A stretch of DNA of 64,000 nt. It comes from Chiloscyllium plagiosum (taxonomy: Eukaryota). The translations under genes were made by a program, and so were the position numbers. The stretch's first letter is position 1. The number at the start of each line of letters is the position of its first letter. The DNA lies in assembly GCF_004010195.1 (NCBI RefSeq), contig NC_057753.1, forward strand, positions 6,313,277-6,377,276, read 5' to 3'. The notes beneath the pieces were generated by a model. The model did not search any database and was not told where the DNA came from. It was given only the letters and a program-made list of their open reading frames with translations. Of the stretch, positions 13,112 to 25,014 are shown one piece after another.

Positions 13112-13430
13112 AATGAATCTTGGTAGATGTCTTTAAAATTACGAGACACAAAGATGGGAGTGAGAGTGAGAATCTATTTCCGAGATTTGAAATGTTTAAT
13201 ATTAAGGGGGACATGCATTTTAAGTGATGGAGTGGTTGTACTCTAAAACGCACTGCAAAGGTTAATCATGGTGGTAGACATCTTAGTGGCGTTCAGGCGA
13301 CTTTTAGATCATGACATCAATATCAAAGGAATGGAGGTTTATTGGCGATAAGTACACATCAGGAATTAGTTTAAATTAGTGCCATGTCCGGATCACTATC
13401 ATGGGCCAAATAGACTGGTGTTTTATGGAT
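13112..13430 (+). mobile_element. CR1 LINE 3' end; probable continuation of 8566-9040 beyond the 9042-13110 insertion
   Basis: Degenerate CR1 3' region (gtctttaaaattacgaga..gcgttcaggcgacttttagatc..atgggccaaatagactg). Confidence 0.6.
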
Positions 13431-13519
13431 GGTACTTTCTTCTTTGCTCATTGGTGAAGGTGGTAAAAAGTGAGGAGAAAGCATGAGACTACAGCACGAT
13501 GTGCGGGATTATTTGCTCA

Positions 13520-13870
13520 GAGGGGCTAAGCAAGTTAAATATATTGCAAAGACGTGTTGCTCTGTGTGCTCTACAGTTAGATCTTGTCATACAATGCACA
13601 TCAGGGAGCAGAACAGAATGGAGAATACACTGTTACAGCCACAGAGAATGTGCAGAGGGAATGATCAGCATAAACATTTGAGAGGCCTTTTCAAACTTTT
13701 GATAATAACGGAGAAGCAGCTGTTGCCAGACAGAATAGAATAGAAGAGAATATAACCGAGGGGGTAGTGACCTTTGATTATGTTGTCTGCTTTCTCGAAG
13801 CAGCAGTAAGAATGAATAGAATGAATGGACAGAGGCTGGTTCACAATTCGGATTGTGCTGTGTTTATGGG
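13520..13870 (-). mobile_element. Old LINE 3' end (Rex/L2-like)
   Basis: Resembles the reverse complement of the 3' UTR at 31140-31355 (cagcttct..gttatta, ctgcac..tctctg, tctgttctg). Confidence 0.45.
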
Positions 13871-14278
13871 AGCCAATCTGCTTCTCGAGAAACGGATTGT
13901 GATCCTCTCAACTTCCGTTCCCGCTTATCTATTTATGATTAGTTAATCAAGTGTATGTTTGAATTATTTTCTCAGATGGGAACAGATTCACATAGCAGCA
14001 ATCTGGAGAAATGAACAGACGGAGCAGCAAAACCATTCCTTGAACTAAAGATTCCTCGAAATATTTACTATCAAACACTCACTCCCTGTAAGGGTACAGC
14101 AGGTGGTTTTATGCCACAGAGTTAAAGTATCACTGACGCCATCTTCTCAACACATGTGAAAATTTTTGGCGAAGGTACATCAAATTTCATTGTTTGATTT
14201 TCTCTGATTAGTTCTGATTCCGTGTTAGATATGGATTCTATTATTCTTTCCGCCAGTGCATGTTCTATACTCAGGCAG

Positions 14279-14313
14279 TGTGTGTTTGTGTGTGTGTGAG
14301 TGAGAGAGAGAGA
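14279..14313. repeat. (TG)n(GA)n microsatellite
   Basis: Seen directly in the sequence. Confidence 0.9.
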
Positions 14314-14789
14314 TAAACCAGGGACCATAATCCCTGGGGCAATAATCCTTTATTTTGAGCATATTATTAAACACTATACTCCTGGCCCTTCTGTACAAAT
14401 TACTGAAAGTTAATACGATGGTGACATCGAATGTTGTCAGGAAAACTTATGTGTTAATTATTATTACCCGGTTATAGAATCAAGAAAGAGAGGAATTCTT
14501 GCTGTGATTGTGGAAGAGGTATGAAACATTTCAAAAAGGCTAACAGTTGAATTTGACAATTTACAAACGTTCTGGGAGAGGATGGGGAGGATGAATCAGG
14601 CAGACACACATATTCTCATTGAGGAGTTAACAGACAAGGATAGAATAATACGGGGATATGCAACAGACATCAGATATTTAAAATTAAAAATTGCACTGGC
14701 AAAGAGAGATTAGATTGAAAATTGCGAAGATAATGCTAGAGATATGCAAATTATGCGAAATATAGTCACGACATATTCTGGCTCCAATC

Positions 14790-15360
14790 CCTACTGCTGT
14801 TTCATGAAACTGCCTCATTCTGCTGGCCTGCGACCGAACCACATAAAGTTGCCCAGCAATGGCCAGCTGCTCCACCCCACATTTGTCCCATAGCAATGCT
14901 CTTTGTCCATTTGCCAATTTGATCCACTGCAATGGACTGTTGCAACATCCAGTGTCGTACCTTAACAACGGTATTTGCACTCACCAATATTCTGTTCCCT
15001 CATATTGGCCTGTGGCACCACATTACATTGTGTTCCCCTAGCAACGGTCTATGGTCGCATTCCCGCTCTGCTCCCCAGGCGATAGTCTGATGAGGTACCG
15101 CCACACTGTTCCCGAGCAACAGATAAGTGTATGACACCCCAACTGATCCCAGAGCAACGTCGTGTGTGCCCACACAGCAATCTTCTTCAAACAAAGGCCT
15201 AGCTATAAATCCGTACTCTCTTTCCCTGTCAGCGACCAGCACGCCCATACAAACACTGTTCACCCAGAAGCATTCTGTTCCCCTTACGGTCCCTGCTGCT
15301 AATCAACATTATGCTCCCACTTTAACAGCCAATGGCCCCACAACAACTCTGTTTTGATCA
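14790..15360. repeat. Diverged 38-bp minisatellite, block 1 (about 15 units)
   Basis: Recurrent ctgttcccctagcaaYggcctgtggtcccacac motif, e.g. 15030-15060. Confidence 0.8.
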
Positions 15361-15493
15361 CATTCCAATTATGCACCAGCCCAAGCGCTTTCAGAATATT
15401 CCAAGAGTGCCGAAACCTTAACATGTTTCTTATTTTAGAATGCATGTCTCAGGCGTTGTGTTCCAAATGCTATTCAATTTATCACATTAACGA

Positions 15494-16169
15494 ATTTGAA
15501 ACAAAACACGTTCTTTCTTTGTACGATTATTAAAATACAACAAAAGAAAGAAGATTGGTGTTGGGACCTTTTTTATTTACATAAATGATCTGTATGCGAA
15601 CGTAGAAGACATGTTTAGTGTGTATGTGCATAATACAAATTTAGGAGGCAATATTGATAGCGAGGAAGTTCATCAAAACGTAAAGGAGATATTGATCAGA
15701 TGGGGAACTGTGCCTCGGATTCGCAAATGCAATTCAATATAAAAAAGTGTGAAATGTTGTACTTTAGAAAGTCAAATCACGGTCAGAAATAAACAGCAAA
15801 TGGTGAGATACTGAGGAATGTTGTGTAACAGATTTGAAACAAAACACGTTTTCTCTCTGTACGATTATCAAAATACAACAAAAGAAAGAAGATTGGTTTT
15901 GGGACCTTTTTGATTTGCAAATTTGATCTGTATGCGAACTTAGAAGACATGTTTCATGTGTATGTGCATGATACAAATTTAGGAGGCAATATTGATAGCG
16001 AGGAAGTCCATCAAAACGTAAAGGAGATATTGATCAGATGGGGAATTGTGCCTCGGATTCGCAAAAGCAATTCAATATAAAAAAGTGTGAAATGTTCCAC
16101 TTTCGAAAGTCAAATCACGGTCAGAAATAAACAGCAAATGGTGAGATACTGAGGAATGTTGTGTAACAG
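15494..16169. repeat. 338-bp direct tandem duplication (2 copies)
   Basis: atttgaaacaaaacacg at 15494 and 15832; both copies end gtgtaacag. Confidence 0.95.
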
Positions 16170-17755
16170 AGGGACCAAAGAGGACAATGGCATGGTTCAT
16201 TGAAAATGCAGTCACCGTTCGACAGAGTGTTAACGAGTTAGCACGCTGGCCTTCACTGATCAAGGGATTGAGAGCAGGAGTTGGGACATCATATTACAGT
16301 TGTATCAGTCTTTGGTGAGGATGCAGTTGGAGTATTGGGTAAAGTTCTGGTCACCCTGTTGTAGGAAAGACATAATTAAACTGGAAACGGTGCAAAGAAC
16401 ATTTACGAGGATGTTGCCAGGTCTAGTAGAACATAGAACATAGAACATAGAAAGATATAGCGCAGTACAGGCCCTTTGGCCCTCGATGTTGCGCCGATCC
16501 AAGCCCACCTAACCTATACTATCCCACGATCTTCCATATGCCGATCCAATGCCCGTTTAAATGCCCATAAAGAGGGAGAGTCCACTACTGCTCCTGGCAG
16601 GGCATTCCATGAACTCACGACTCGCTGAGTAAAGAATCTACCCCTTACATCTGTCCTATACCTACCACCCCGTATTTTAAAGCTATGCCCCCTCGTAATA
16701 GCTGACTCCATACGTGGAAAAAGATTCTCATGGTCAACCCTATCTAAACCCCTAATCATCTTGTACACCTCTATCAAGTCACCCCAAACCTTCTTTTCTC
16801 CAATGAAAACAACCCCAAGTGCCTCAGCCTTTCCTCATACGATCTTCCTACCATACCAGGCAACATCCTGGTAAACCTCCTCTGCACCCATTCCAGTGCC
16901 TCCACATCCTTCGTCCATTCTAATTAATTGTGACTCAATATTCACATCGGCAACAATGTCCTGTTCTTGAGTGAATACTGACGAAAAGTATTCATTCAGT
17001 GTCTCCCCAATCTCTTCAGCCTCCACAGGCAACTTCCCACTACTATCCTTGACGGGACCTCTTCCTACCCTAGTCATTCTTTTATTCCTGACATACCTAT
17101 AGAAAGCCTTAGGGTGTTCCCTAATCTTACCAACTAAGGACTTTTCATGTCCCCTCCTTGCTGCTCTTAGCTCTCTCTTCAGATCCTTCCTGGCTACCTT
17201 ATAACTCTCAATCGCTCCAATTAAACCTGCACGCCTCATCTTTACATAGGCCGCCCTCTTCCATTTAACAAGGGATTCCAATTAACGGCTCCCTCACACG
17301 ACCCTTTCCTCCCTGCAGGTCATAAGAATAGCTTGGTCAGGATAGCACTTTACGAATATTGAAACGTAGGAGAACGAGCAGTGACCTTATCAAACTGTAT
17401 AAAATCATGGGGGGGCATAGATTGAATGAATGCAGTTTTTTTATTTCCTTGGGACCCGGATTTGAAAACTAGAAGAAATAGGTTCTAGGTGCTACGGGAA
17501 AGGTTTAACAATGACCTGAGGGGCAAATTCTTCAATCAGAGTGTTTGCGTTTCTTGAATGGGCTGCCAGAGGAAGTGGTTCAGGCAAGTTCAATCGTCAC
17601 ATTTGAAGACATACACTTAGGTACGTAAATGGATGGGAAGGTTTTCGACGGATATGAACCAAATATGTAAAATTGGAACTGGCTGGTCGTGAACCATGGA
17701 CTAGTTTGGGCCGAAGCCTTGTTTGCATGCTGTATGACTATATAACTCTATAAAT
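15545..17755 (+). mobile_element. Decayed CR1 LINE RT to 3' end, partly duplicated and interrupted by 16426-17315
   Basis: 'LGPFLFT..NDL' region; gagtattgggtaaagttctggtcacc (EYWVKFWSP); 3' end gggccgaagccttgtttgcatgctgtatgactataactcta. Confidence 0.8.
16426..17315 (-). mobile_element. Young CR1/HER1 LINE fragment with a large internal deletion near 16910
   Basis: (AGAACAT)n tail at 16427-16450; ORFs 16514-16777 'IEVYKMIRGLDRVD..TRGHSFK..FFTQRVV..WNALP' and 16835-17281. The RT core between them is missing. Confidence 0.92.
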
Positions 17756-17775
17756 ACGACTGCTTAGCTCTATTA

Positions 17776-17868
17776 GGTAAAAACAATGACTGCAGATGCT
17801 GGAAACCAGATTCTGGATCAGTGGTGCTGGAAGAGCACAGCAATTCAGGCAGCATCCGAGGACAGGCA
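17776..17868 (-). mobile_element. Penelope pLTR terminal fragment
   Basis: gtggtgctggaagagcacagcaattcaggcagcatccgagg matches 7609-7650. Confidence 0.75.
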
Positions 17869-17997
17869 TTATATGATTTAATCATTCATCAGCAATTGTT
17901 CTATTAAAGTCACATTCCATAAACGCATATTTGAAAAGGTAAATTCAACAAAATATGTCGGCCACGATGGGAAAGAAAACATCAAAAGTAAGCGATG

Positions 17998-18075
17998 TTT
18001 GTGTGTGTGTGCATTTGTGTGCATGCGTGCGTGCGTGGGATGTCTGTGTGCGCGTGTGTGTTTGTGTATAAGAGA
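17998..18075. repeat. Imperfect (TG)n/(TGCG)n microsatellite
   Basis: Seen directly in the sequence. Confidence 0.9.
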
Positions 18076-20349
18076 GAGCTAAGTGGTTTGCTGTAGCGGG
18101 GAAAGATGTTTCCACAAGTCAAGAGCTAATGATGCCAAACTATAATACTGATTGCATAGGAGCTTGAATATACTCTTGAGGTTTCTTGCATTGTTCAAAT
18201 TTAAAAGAAAGTTGTTTACTTTATTGGCTTGGAACACATCGCTCTTATTCCTCTGACTTACCTTTTATTCAAAAACAAGGACATAACGTACTCTTAAAGA
18301 CACAGTATCGTCACAACCCCAGACTGTCACTTCGGCAAAGACTGTGTTTCCAGACCCGTTCTGCTCCCCTAGAAGTGGGCTATGGACTCACAACGGCAGG
18401 TTACCCTTTAAAATGACCTGTATTCCTCTCTGAACCTGTTCCTCTTGCAACTGACAATGGTCTCATACACATGCTGCTCCCCTCGCAATGGCATGTGGTC
18501 CGATCCATTATCTGATCCCGTCACTACTGCCATATATCTTATCCCACTCTGGTCCCCTGGAGACCTATAGTAGTTCATACCCAATGTTTTCAATAAACAA
18601 CGGTCTGTGCAGCCACACACACTCTGTTTCCCGAGCATTCCCTCTCGGAATGGTCAGTGGGAATGTCTATCACTGTGTCACCGAGCAACGCAGGTGAACC
18701 CATCAATTCAACTTCCAGAGCAACTGGCTGTGGTCTGACGTCTTCACTTCTCCCCTGGCAACAGACAATGGAAAAGACCCACAAAGTTCATATCGCAATG
18801 ACTAGTGGTCCCACAGTCAATCTTGATACCTAGCAATGGCCTGTGTCCTCACCCCCACTCTTTACCCAAGCAACGCTCAGTGCTCTCACACTAACACTGT
18901 TCCACTAGCGACGACGTGCGCTCTCAGACACATCCTGTTCGCCTCGAAACGGTCTGATGTTCCAACCCTACTCTGTTCCCCTGGCAATAGCTTGGGCAGT
19001 AGCTCTGGTTAGGGCCTCCTGCCCCAAATCAATTTATTCCCTAAATAACGGCAAGTGCTACAATTCCCATTTTGTTACACTAGCAACAACCCACTCCCCA
19101 CTCAAAAATGTTTCACTGAAAAACTGCCTGATAGCTTGCTGCTCCACCTCCATGTTGCTGCAGTCTCAAGCAGGCACTCATTCCCCCAGACTTCAGACTC
19201 ACGGTTTTCCCCTAGCAGCAGCCTTACACTGTACAACTACTAGAATTCCCTCGATACAGCCTGTGAACTCACCCACACTCTGGTTGCCTAGCAACATACT
19301 GTAGTCCCAGAAAATATATTGTTCACTTAGCAGCGATCAGTGACCCCTGTTTATCTTGTAACAGTCTGTGTTCTCAATTCCACAGTTTTCCCTCAGTAAC
19401 GACAGTGGTCCAGCAACAACTCAAACAGACTACGGACACTACCCCCACAGTCTTCCCCAAGCGCAAGGAGCTGCAGCACTGTCAAACTGTTCCCTGAACA
19501 ACAGGCTTTAGCTCGACCAATATTCCATTCACTTTGAATGTACGTTGTCCCACTGATCACTGTGTTTAAATTGCAATTGACTGTGATGCTACAACTAATC
19601 TTTCTCCTTAGCATCAGGGTGCGGTCTCGCTCGCACCTGGCTTCAAAAGCAATGCGTTGTCTTCGTAACTCACAAAATTCATTCAGGAATGGCCTGTCGT
19701 CCCATAATAACCTGTTTCTGTATCAACTGTCTGCAGTCCTATCCTTACTCTATATTGCAAAATAATGCAGGCTCATGCTGCAAACCACACTGCATCCCTA
19801 ATAACAGACTATTAGTCATCCACTTACCACACCCTGCGCCCGTACCTGCTGTATCATTTCGTGGACATTGCCAGTTGTCCCACGCACAACCTGTACCCTG
19901 AAAATGACCTATGGCCCCATCACTACTCTATTCCTCAAGCATGGTCCTGTTTCCATAAACTCTCCGTTCTCATAGCAAAGGCCTGTGAACGTGAACTCAA
20001 TCTTTTGTCCAAGCAATCAAGTGCAACAGCTCAATCTGTTCCTGTAACAATTGACAGTGGTCCCACACCTAATATCTTCTTTCCGCAATCCTCTGTGTAA
20101 CAACAAAGATAACGTTCTCTAACAAGGACCTGCAAAACCACTTTCACTCTGTTCTTGTTACAATGGTCTGTGGTGCAAATCAGCAGTTGTTCATTTAGCA
20201 ATGGCACACTGTCAGTTCCACTAATGTCTCCTTGCAAAGGCTTGCTGTTTCATCTGCACACATTTCTACTCGAAATGATCTGTGGTTCTACACATTCTAT
20301 TCCTGAGCAATGGTCTGTTGCGATACCCACATTCTTATCCCCTAACAAG

Positions 20350-20955
20350 GGCTCTGGCACTGAAACGTCATGTGGGCGAACTGCTTACAAAGACCCAACA
20401 ACGCCTCTTCCTCCTCAGGCCGCTGAGAAAATTTGGCATGACGACAAATACCCATGTCAACTTTTATCGGTGCGCCGTCATGAGCATTCTGTCTGGATAT
20501 ATCGCTACCTGGTGTGTAACTGTACCATTGAAGTTTGGAGACAATTACAGAGCGTGCTGAACTCTGCCAGGACAAACAGAAAGGCCAACCTCTCATCTAT
20601 AGAATTTATCTGCCAGGTCCGCTGTCAAGGAAAGCCATCAGCATTCTTAAGGATCCATCCCATCCTGGCAATGTCATTCGACATCCCCTACTATCGAGGA
20701 GAAGGTTCTGAAGCCTGAGCACATACACCGATTTCACAACAGATTCTACCCTACTGTTCTTTGCATACTGAATGGACTCATACACTTTTAACATTCGCAT
20801 GTACCTGTGCTTTTGTTTTTTTGCGGCTGTTTACCTATTATTTACTGTTATTTTAAACTTGCTACTTAACTATTTGATATGCCGGTATTGTTTGCAAGCC
20901 AATGCTTTTCACTGTGACTCGGGACACGTGACAATAAATTGAATTCAAATTCAAA
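20350..20955 (+). mobile_element. Rex1/Babar-like LINE 3' fragment
   Basis: 'KTQQRLFLLRPLRKFGM..NFYRCAVMSILSGYIATW'; tail gtgacaataaattgaattcaaattcaaa; same family as 5052-5760. Confidence 0.8.
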
Positions 20956-21779
20956 ATCTGGGCCACTCTCAACAATCCATTTACCTATCTGCACTCTGTT
21001 GTTAAACAATAGACAATGATTGCACTCAAACTTGTTCCTTAGCAATTGTCTCTGTACCATTCCAATTCTGTTGTCAACGAACGTCCAGTGATCCTACCCT
21101 GTCACTTTTACTTATTAACATCAAGTGCCCCAAAAGCAATTCATCAATGGGCTGTGACCTCATCCCCAAACTGTTCACCTAACGGTGGACTATGTTCACA
21201 TAATACCCACTTTTCCCCAAAGGATAGCCCGTGGTTCCACCTTCACTTTGTTGTCCTCGCGACATGTGGTTGTACCCAGCGCACTGGACTGCTTGGACAC
21301 ACCTATTCTTTTCCCTGAGCTACGTGCTGTGTCTCCAACCACACACACTTCTCGAACAACGGCGAATGATCTTACACTCACTCTGCTCTTTAGGAATGGC
21401 AAATAGTCCCATCCACATTCTGACTACGCTGGAAGCGGTCAGTTTTCACGCACCTGTTCTGTTCCCCTCGCAGCATCCTTCAGCCCGACCCACACCCTAT
21501 TCTCCTTACAAAAGCTTGCTGTACCAATTCCACACTACTCACCGAGCAAGCGACTGCAACACAACACACAATGTGTACCCTTTGTAAAAGGCCGTCACAC
21601 CACTCCGACCTACTTCCCTTGTAACAACCTGTTGCAAAACGCCATTGATTTTCCTGAGCAGTGGCCTGTGGTTCCATCTCAATTCTTTTCTGCAAGCAAA
21701 AAACCTGTTGACACACCCCTCTATGTTAATTAGCAAAATATCTGTGCACTCATATCCAATGTGTTGCACTCTCAGTGGT

Positions 21780-22271
21780 GCAAGGTTTGTGAAGGTTTGT
21801 AGCTCAATTGAGACATAGGGTGTAGGTTTGCTCGCTGAGCTGTAGATTTGATATCCAGACGTTTCATTACGTATCACGAACACCAGCTAGCCACAAAAAC
21901 ATACGACCCTCTCTCCCTCGTAGCCCTACACACGGTTGGAAAAAGCCACCATTTCGACTGGGACAACACATCTATCCTGGGACAGGCTAAGCAAAGGCAT
22001 GCCAGAGAATTCCAAGAGGCCTGGCACTCCAACCACAACGGCATAAACAAACACATAGATCTCGATGCCATGTATCAACCCCTCAGAAAATAATCAGAAA
22101 ATGACATCACCACAAACCCCAGGAACCCCAACCAGGAGAAAGATATAAATAGAAAACAGGAGACAACAGCTTCGCTTCACTTGGAGGTCGCCACTGATGA
22201 TATTACCTAGCCAGGTAACGAAACGTCTGGATATCAAACCTACAGCTGAGCGAGCAAACCTACACCCTAAT
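21780..22271 (+). mobile_element. Penelope-like insertion: inverted pLTR piece, GIY-YIG C-terminus and pLTR, with an 11-bp TSD
   Basis: 'HEHQLATKTYDPLSLVALHT..HHFDWDNTSILGQAKQRHAREFQEAWHS'. Inverted repeat about 21820-21870 vs 22216-22270. TSD ctctcagtggt at 21769-21779 and 22272-22282. Confidence 0.9.
22191..22230 (+). ncRNA. Minimal hammerhead ribozyme motif in a PLE pLTR
   Basis: CCA-CUGAUGA-U-AUUACCU-agcc-AGGUAAC-GAAAC-GUC-UGG. Stem I CCA/UGG, 6-bp stem II with an A.C mismatch at its base, palindromic ACGU. Confidence 0.75.
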
Positions 22272-22543
22272 CTCTCAGTGGTCCCAAATACCATACTTTC
22301 CCTTAGTAATGGTCTGTAGACCCATCGCCAGTTTATTTCTCTGGCAACGGGCATTTTTCCTGCAAACAATGTAGTTCTCGAGCAATAGTGTGTTGCCCCA
22401 ACGCGATGCTGCACTTGCTACTAAAAACAAATCAAACACTCTGCTCACTAGAAATTGCCTGCCACTTCAAGACCCACACTTTTCTGGTCGGAATGGCTTG
22501 TGGTGCCACCATCATTCTGTTCCCTAAATCACGACATGCAGCA

Positions 22544-23080
22544 GTTAAAGTGTTCAGCCACAGGGCGGTTGGGCTGGTTGGTGCCCACGGGACGGTTGGG
22601 TTGGTTGGTGCTGAACACTTTAACTCCCCCTCCCACTCCGCCAAGGACATGCATGTCCTTGGCCTCCTCCAACGCCAGACCGTGGCAACACGACGCCTGG
22701 AGGAGGAGCGCCTCATCTTCCGCCTAGGAACCCTCCAACCACGAGGGATGAATGCAGATTTCTTCAGTTTCCTCATTTCCCCTTCCTCCACCTTATCTCA
22801 GTCCCAACCCTCGGACTCAGCACCGCCTTCTTGACCTAGAATCTTCTTCGCGACCTCTCCGCCCCACACACTCTCTGGCCTACCACCCTCACCTTAACCT
22901 CCTTCCACCTTTCACATTCCCAACGCCCCTCCCCCAAGTCCCTCCTCCCTACCTTTTATCTTAGCTTTCTTGGCACACCTTCCTCATTCCTGAAGAAGGG
23001 CTCATGCCCGAAACATCGATTGTCTTGCTCCTTGGATGCTGCCTGACCTGCTGCGCTTTTCCAGCAACACATTTTTCACC
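22544..23080 (+). mobile_element. Penelope-like element 3' fragment with a short 5' inversion
   Basis: 'AEHFNSPSHSAKDMHVLGLLQ..TRRLEEERLIFRLGTLQPRGMN'. ttaaagtgttcagc / gctgaacactttaa inversion. Same family as 7603-8565. Confidence 0.88.
22987..23021 (+). ncRNA. Minimal hammerhead ribozyme motif (PLE pLTR)
   Basis: uuc-CUGAAGA-A-GGGC-ucau-GCCC-GAAAC-AUC-ga; the ACGU palindrome has decayed to ACAU. Confidence 0.65.
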
Positions 23081-23264
23081 CCAAATAATACATCCGGAAC
23101 CATATGTAATGCGTATATAATACACCATTCATGTCGACCATAACAGGACGAAATTGGCCGAGATCGAAAATATTAAAATAACGGAGTTTTTTCGATTTGT
23201 CATTTCTGAGTCACATTAATCATACCTACTGACTTGAGTGTGGAGTCTACTGCGGACTCTGCAG

Positions 23265-23570
23265 GCCCCTGGTCCAAGCTCCCGCCCTTATAGTTACTGC
23301 TGCCTCTCAAAAACAGAAATGGTGGACTCCCCCTCTCGAGCTAAGTTTTCAAAAGTTCAAATCCGTGACCCACCGCTCCCGGCAAGCTCCTGGTACAAGA
23401 TCCAGCCCTCTGACTTTCTGCTGCCGCTGAAAAACAAAAATGGAGTACTCCTGCGCTCCAGTTAAGTTTTTGAAGGTTTAGATCAGTGAATCACCACTCC
23501 CGACAAGCCCCTCGTCCATGCTCCCGCTCTCCGAGTTCCTGCTGCCGTTGAAATACAGAAATGGAGTACT
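23265..23570. repeat. About 120-bp GC-rich tandem repeat (about 2.5 units)
   Basis: ctgctgcc..aaaacaRaaatggagtact recurs near 23297, 23418 and 23538. Confidence 0.8.
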
Positions 23571-23777
23571 TAGCGACAGGTTCCATCAACAGTGCCATCC
23601 TGTTGTCTGCGCAAAAGAATGAATCCTCACTCTCCTCTTGCTTTCCAAGGAACTAGCGTCATTGCCACTCCTTTCCTATTAGTGATAGGCTGCAATACCA
23701 AACATTTGCTTTTACCTGAGCAGCATGCTCCACACCTACTCTTAATTGTCCCATTAAATTAATACCCCCGTACCTGT

Positions 23778-23920
23778 GGAAGGCAATGGCTTTGTCGTGT
23801 CATCCACACAATACTAATGCTGAAACTCAATTAATGTTCTGGGATCCAGTTTGAAAACACGCCACGGCATTTGGTGAATTTGAATTCAATTTAAAAGAAA
23901 ATCTGAAATTTAGGGTCTAT
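23778..23920 (+). mobile_element. tRNA-derived SINE of a second family, head fragment
   Basis: gcaatggc..gtgtcatc head, and gccacggcatttggtgaatttgaattcaat..aaatctgaaatt, which matches the minus copy at 28630-28985. Confidence 0.6.
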
Positions 23921-24169
23921 TGCTTTTCTCTCAACCATCAGCTGAGATGGTCTGACAAGCCATTAAGTTGTGAGAATCGCAGCTAAGTCTAAATGAAGAC
24001 GTGAAACCAGAGAGATAAACTGTCATCTGCCCAGTGACAGTCGAAAAGACAATGACAGAAAATCCCCTGTCGAGCCTGCAAAATCCTGCAAACTAACGCG
24101 TTGGGGTCATTGCCAAAACTTGGATGCCATGTCACAAAAACGTCAATCAGAAGCCGGATTGTATTCATA

Positions 24170-24263
24170 GTCAAAAAGTGTGGTGTTGGAAAAGCACAGC
24201 CGGTCAGGTGCATCCGAGGAGCAGGAGGACCAACGTTTCAGCATAAGCCCTTCATCAGTAATG
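24170..24263 (-). mobile_element. Penelope pLTR fragment with a hammerhead motif
   Basis: Minus strand CUGAUGA-AGGGC-uuau-GCU-GAAAC-GUU; the rest matches 23020-23075. Confidence 0.75.
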
Positions 24264-25014
24264 TTTCTCATTGGCTATCATATGGGCTGGGAAGGTGCTG
24301 TACATTTCTGGGCAAAGAGTCAGATAATATTATAATATTACTGGGGCTTTATAAAAACCGTGAAGTCACTGGAGTCGTGTGTGTGTAAACGTTGTGCTGG
24401 AACGGTACCATAAAATTAATGGACAAGATGGCAGATACGCATCCAGAAGTCCGGAAAAATGCTGTGTACGGTCTGCCACTCTCTCCCACTCGTTACCTTA
24501 CCATACCTTACTCATATTTCGCTCGATCCCAAATGCTCAAAGGTTCTGAGGCCTGAGCACCACTCTTACCACATCCTGGGTCTCGGACTGGGTCCGAGTG
24601 GTAACAGCACCATCCACGCACTTGCTTCTTACCACCTGAAATCCTGTTGGTGATGCAGCAAGAATTGGCAACACTCCATTTGTATAAGCCTAATGTTTTT
24701 ATAACTGTTTCTCAGCAATTTTATTTCCACCAGCCGAATGTGTGTATGACCCCAAATAATTGTGTAACAACTGCACCAGCCCATTCTTTGTATATTTACC
24801 CAAGTAATTTTGTAACACTCCACAGCACAGTAATTTTATAAGGTGTTGCCAGCGAAGAGTTTATATTAAGCCTCCAGCCAACCATTATTGGTATTTTTAA
24901 ACGCTGCTTGGGCTGTTTTTTCGATGCCCCTTGTGCATTCATCTTCTCCTCATCCTGGCCTGAATTGAATTTCAGGGAGAGGCTACATGGGCTGCGAAAT
25001 TTTATCCCCGAAGA

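Larger units (their letters stand above)
18340..22543. repeat. Diverged 38-bp minisatellite, block 2 (about 80 units), interrupted by Rex-like and Penelope insertions
   Basis: GCAAY-like anchors at 18795, 18833, 18870, 18908, 18946 and 18984 give a 37-38 bp period. Eyeballed consensus CTGTTCCCCTAGCAAYGGCCTGTGGTCCCACACCCACT. Confidence 0.88.

Noticed and set aside
20155..20718. 187-aa ORF
   Set aside because: It is a chance fusion of minisatellite sequence and an off-frame Rex-like LINE.
18340..22543. CRISPR-like regular repeats
   Set aside because: Units are contiguous and uniformly diverged, with no constant repeat/unique spacer alternation. There are no cas genes and the context is vertebrate.
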